Shown here piece after piece: positions 59,513 to 64,000 of a stretch of 64,000 bases of DNA. Position 1 is the stretch's first letter; every line of letters begins with the position of its first letter. The stretch is from the NCBI RefSeq assembly GCF_006345805.1, contig NC_043026.1:10788001-10852000 (forward strand), written 5' to 3'. The notes below the pieces were generated by a model that was not told the origin of the DNA, did no database searches, and saw only the letters and a program-made list of their open reading frames with translations. The position numbers and the translations under genes are program-made. The DNA comes from Octopus sinensis (taxonomy: Eukaryota).

Positions 59513-59884
59513 GGAGTGGCTGTGTGGTAAGTAGCTTGCTAACCAACTACATGGTTCCAGGTTCAGTTCCACTGCGTGGCATCTTGGGCAAGTGTCTTCT
59601 GCTATAGCCTTGGGCCGACCAAAGCCTTGTGAGTGGATTTGGCAGACGGAAACTGAAAGAAGCCTGTCGTATATATGTATGTGTGTGTCTGTGTTTGTCC
59701 CTCTAGCATTGCTTGACAACTGATGCTGGTGTGTTTACGTCCCCGTCACTTAGCGGTTCGGCAAAAGAGACCAATAGAATAAGTACTGGGCTTATAAAGA
59801 ATAAGTCCCGGGGTCGATTTGCTCGACTAAAGGCAGTGCTCCAGCATGGCCGCAGTCAAATGACTGAAACAAGTAAAAGAGAGA
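59513..59884 (+). mobile_element. SINE family 1, full length, with putative TSD aagca
   Basis: aagca at 59508-59512 and 59885-59889. Confidence 0.92.
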
Positions 59885-60344
59885 AAGCATATCCACTCTG
59901 AAGAAAGACTGTTTCGGTGTGAAATGTTTGGGGAATGCTTTGGTAATAGGGATTTAATAAAACACATACACAGGCTGAAAATGAAATATGTAGGGAATGT
60001 TTCACTCGTGGTACACGTCTTGTACTCCCCATACAGAATCACAATGGAGAAAAACCTCATCATTTTGAGATATGTAGGAAACATTTCATCTGTAAAAGTT
60101 ACTGAACAACTTGCAAAAGAAGCAAAACCCAATCTTTATTTAATTTGTGGGAAATCATTTGTGATTAAAAGTCAAAAAGATGTAAACAAATGCAAACTGG
60201 AGAGAAACATTTTAACTATGAAACATGAGAAATTGTTCTCTTAACAAATCTAGATTTGTTTTCAACCAATGAGTTTACATTGGTGAAGATTTATCATATG
60301 AGATGTATTGGAAATGATTCTTTTTGATTTCTTGTGAAATATTA

Positions 60345-60720
60345 CTCTTTTACTCGTTTCAGTCATGTGACTGTGGCCATGCTGGAGCACTGCCTTTAGT
60401 CGATCAAATCGACCCCAGGACTTATTCTTTGTAAGCCTAGTACTTAGTCTATCGGTCTTTTTTGCTGAACCGCTAAGTTACGGGGACCTAAACACACCAG
60501 CATCGGTTGTCAAGCGATGTTGGGGGGACAAACACGCACATACATATATATATACATATATACGATAGGCTTCTTTCAGTTTCCGTCTACCAAATCCACT
60601 CACAAGGCTTTGGTCGGCCCGAGGCTATAGTAGAAGATACTTGCCCAAGGTGCCACACAGTGAGACTGAACCCGGAACCATGTAGTTCGTAAGCAAGCTA
60701 CTTACCACACAGCCACTCCT
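60345..60720 (-). mobile_element. SINE family 1, full length
   Basis: Reverse complement of 59513-59884. Confidence 0.9.
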
Positions 60721-61828
60721 ACGCCTATACACAGCCACTCCTGTGGGTAATATTAAACCATTTCTCTTTTTTTTTTTCTTTTTGCTCCATGACGACATTC
60801 AGGGTAGAGTAAGCTCTTTCTATTGTGAGAGTTATAGCAAATCATCAGAAATGGTCAAATAAGTAAAAAAAGGTATAAACAAATACATACTGGAGAGAAA
60901 CCTTTGACCCTTTTGCATTTAAACTGATCATATCCAGCCCCAAGATTCAACCTCCTTTATGTTCAAACTGGTCAGATCCAGTCTCTCACACCTATCTGAT
61001 AATATCATTCTTAAAACAGTCACAACATCAAAATCTCAAAGCTTGAGATAATGCATGATGAACTCAAAAGAAAGTGAATAAATGTTATAATGTGTAAGAT
61101 GAATAAAAATATTGTGCTCAGATTATAACTTTATTAACGAATGAAGAAATATTGTAGCCATTCTCAACCCACATGCAAAAAGGCGAACTGTAACTTCAAT
61201 TGTCCATGATGCAAAATGAACCATCAGTATCACTGTAAGCATGCTAAGATGTAAAGAGTAAATCCACAACAATGAGTCAATGTATATCTAATGTCAGCTG
61301 ACAGAGTCAATTAACCCTTTAGTGTTTGCATTATTCTGCCAAAATTAATGCTTTTTTATCCATATTGTTTTGAACTAATCATGCATTATCTTGTAGCTTT
61401 GAGATTTTGATGAGGTAGCTGTTAATTTTTAAAACGATTTTGTAGGGTTGGTGTGAAAGACCAGATCTGGCCATTTTGAACATAAAACAGGCAGAATACT
61501 TTTGGCCGGTTTAAATGCTAAAGGGTTAAGTGTCCCCTCAAATGAATCGGCATAAGCTTAAATAAATGATGTAGGTGTGAAAAACATCACCTGATAGAAT
61601 TGTGCCCATTGATTGGACGACTCTTAATAAACAATGTTTTGTGTTGAGACAACAGAAGTTGTCTTCATAAGTATGTATTACATTTGATTGACTAATCTGA
61701 TTACAAAAGTGTTAAACTGTAAACTTGTCTACCAATATCATCATCATCACTTGTTGTCTGTTTTCCGTGCTGGCATGGGTTAAACAGTATGAATGGAAGA
61801 ACATTGACCTTAATATAACATTAATAGA

Positions 61829-62057
61829 GCGGTGAGCTGGCAGAACCGTTAGTGCGCCAGGCGAAATGCTTAGCGGTATTTTGTCTGTCGCTACGTTCTG
61901 AGTTCAAATTCCGCCGAGGTCGACTTTGCTTTTCATCCTTTCGGGGTCGATAAATAAAGTACCAGTTACGCACTGGGGTCGATGTAATCGACTTAATCCG
62001 TTTGTTTGTCCTTGTTTGTCCCCTCTATGTTTAGCCCCTTGTGGGTAGTCAAGAAAT
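61829..62057 (+). mobile_element. SINE family 2, full length
   Basis: As 11764-11994; flanking aatataacat direct repeat. Confidence 0.9.
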
Positions 62058-62225
62058 AAATATAACATATTGTTGACCGATATCTGATTTAAACTGATCC
62101 TTTCCTTAGCTAAAAACTACAACAAATGTATATATTATATGCTATTCACATAATAAAGAATGCAGACATATTTGTATAGTCAATAATTGTGTTGTTTAAT
62201 AGTTTGAGACATTTTTTATAAAAGA

Positions 62226-62798
62226 TATTGGGTTTTCCAGAAAGTCCGTGCCAATTTTTAAAGGAAAGAAAAAGGTCAATAAATACTTGCCATTACATTT
62301 TTAATCAATCAAATATGAACCATTTTGTTGCACAATGCGTCTTCGTCTTTCCTTTAACTTGAAAATACCTTCTTCCCAGAATTGAGGTGGTTTCATGGCA
62401 AAGAATTCATCAAGGTATCTTTTTACGTCATCCAAGGAATTGAAATTTTTACCATTAAGACTATTCTGCAGAGATCTGAATAAGTGGAAATCCGAAGGAG
62501 CAATATCTGGTGAATATGGAGGGTGGGGTAACACATCCCAGCCGAGCTGCAGCAAATTTTGTCTGGTTCCCAAAGCATCAAGTGCCGAAAATGAACTTTC
62601 TTATCTTCCATTTTAAAAGGTTACAGAATTAACACAGGTTATAGGAACACAAACCTTCTTCCACGAAAAGATAGCTTAAACTGTGCTCTAAATAGAGGTG
62701 TAGTCAAATCCTATTTTATGGACTCAAACCATGTTCTAAAATAAGTCGAAAGGTAAGCTGCTATAAATTGGCATGAACTTTCTGGACAACCCAAAATA
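62226..62798 (-). mobile_element. Internally deleted mariner with both TIRs
   Basis: TIRs tattgggttttccagaaagtccgtgccaattt / aaattggcatgaactttctggacaacccaaaata. Encodes MEDKKVHFRHLML joined to GWDVLPHPPYSPDIAPSDFHLF. Confidence 0.9.
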
Positions 62799-63486
62799 TT
62801 CTGCTGTTATGATTTAGAATAGTGGGGCTATGGGTCCCTTTGATTCCTATTTTACTCAGATTGACCCTTATAGCCATGCAGCGTTTTTAAAAAATCCTGT
62901 TATATTTTTATAATTAAATATTAGGAACTGTATCTTAAAAAATTGTTAAAATATTTTGTGTATTTCACATAAATTTTGACAAAATCTTTATAGACTTGGT
63001 TGAGAACCATTGGCTTAGAAAAACATCCAAGTTCTTTGGATGGTCAGAATTGGATTGTGTTTATTCATTGGAAGTGTTGTACAATGTGAAATACACAAAA
63101 TATTTTAACAATTTAAATGAATAAACACAATCCAATTCTGACCATCCAAAGAACTTGGATGTTTTTCTAAGCCAATGGTTCTCAACCAGGTCTATAAGGA
63201 TTTTGTCGAAATTTATGTGAAATACACAAAATATTTTAACAATTTTTTAAATACAGTTCCTAATATTAAATTATAAAAATATAACAGGATTTTTTTAAAA
63301 ACGCTGCATGGCTATGAGGGTCAATCTGAGTAAAATAGGACTCAAAGGGACCCGTAAAAAGAAATGGAGCCCCACTATTCTAAATCATAACAGCAGAATA
63401 TATTGGGTTGTCCGGAAAGTTTGTGCCAATTTATAGTAGCTTACATTTTGACTTATTTTAGAACATGGTTGAGTTCATAAAATAGG
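62710..63486. repeat. ~780-bp imperfect palindrome with a 46-bp loop
   Basis: 62710-63069 is the near reverse complement of 63116-63486. Confidence 0.93.
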
Positions 63487-63511
63487 TTTTACTTGAAATT
63501 TTCTCTCAATA

Positions 63512-64000
63512 TTGCTGCTCAGTGGTTGAAGCGTCAGGCTCACAACCATGAGTTTGATTCCCTGACTGGGTTGTGTGTTGTATTCTTGAGCAAGACAACT
63601 TTATTTCACATCACTGCAGTTGATTCAGCTTTAGAAATGAGTTGTGACGTCACTGGTGCCAAGCTGTATCAGCCTTTGCTTTCCTTTAACTTGAAAATAC
63701 CTGTTTAAACCGGCCAAATCCGGCCCAATATATTCTACATGTTTTATATTCAGACTGGCGATATCTAGCCTCTCAAAGCTATAAGATAATGCATGATTAA
63801 TTCAAAACAATTTGAGTGAAAAAGTATTACATTTAACAGAGTAATCTGAACACTACAGGGTTAAATAACATCAGTGGCATGGAGACGGGAGGCTGGTATG
63901 CATGGGCGACTGCTGGTCTTCCATAAACAACCTTGCCCAGATTTGTGCCTCAGAGGGCAATTATCTAGGTGCAATCCCATGTCATTCATGACCGAAGGGG
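63512..64000 (+). mobile_element. SINE family 4 with a nested MITE fragment
   Basis: Head gctcagtggttgaagcgtcagg...gagtttgattcc. The 3' part matches 57700-57830. Confidence 0.75.

Larger units (their letters stand above)
59462..60906 (+). pseudogene. Decayed continuation of the Z8 finger array, interrupted by two SINEs
   Basis: CEICWKSFS...VHK[SINE]HIHSEERLFRCEMFGECF and a final KQIHTGEKP at 60877-60903. Confidence 0.8.

Overview
AT-rich, repeat-dense animal DNA, most consistent with an octopus (coleoid cephalopod) genome. This is inferred from the SINE/RTE repertoire and the gene type; no search was run. The window holds a tandem cluster of eight intact C2H2 zinc-finger genes whose ORFs are uninterrupted (called Z1-Z8 here; orientation + - + + + - - +; 11-18 fingers each; TGEKP linkers; no KRAB, SCAN, BTB or ZAD domain seen). 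The genes arose by whole-gene, often inverted, duplication, because promoter-like blocks, 5' UTR exons and a ~112-bp 5' UTR intron are homologous between them. The rest is SINEs (about four families), RTE, CR1, R4-like and Tx1-like LINE fragments, mariner, maT and Tigger relics, MITEs and microsatellites. The strongest leads are: (1) a shared acidic leader plus an atypical FSSExEV first finger, a candidate lineage-specific effector module; (2) a retained upstream ORF and a TCACCGGTG promoter core, both decayed in an orphan 5' module; (3) finger arrays that grow by block duplication and erode at the 3' end, with transposons sitting just past most stop codons; (4) a TSD-bounded SINE whose 70-bp tail is repeated 13 times; (5) an inverted SINE pair behind Z8 and a ~780-bp palindrome. 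Repeat boundaries are read by eye and approximate.
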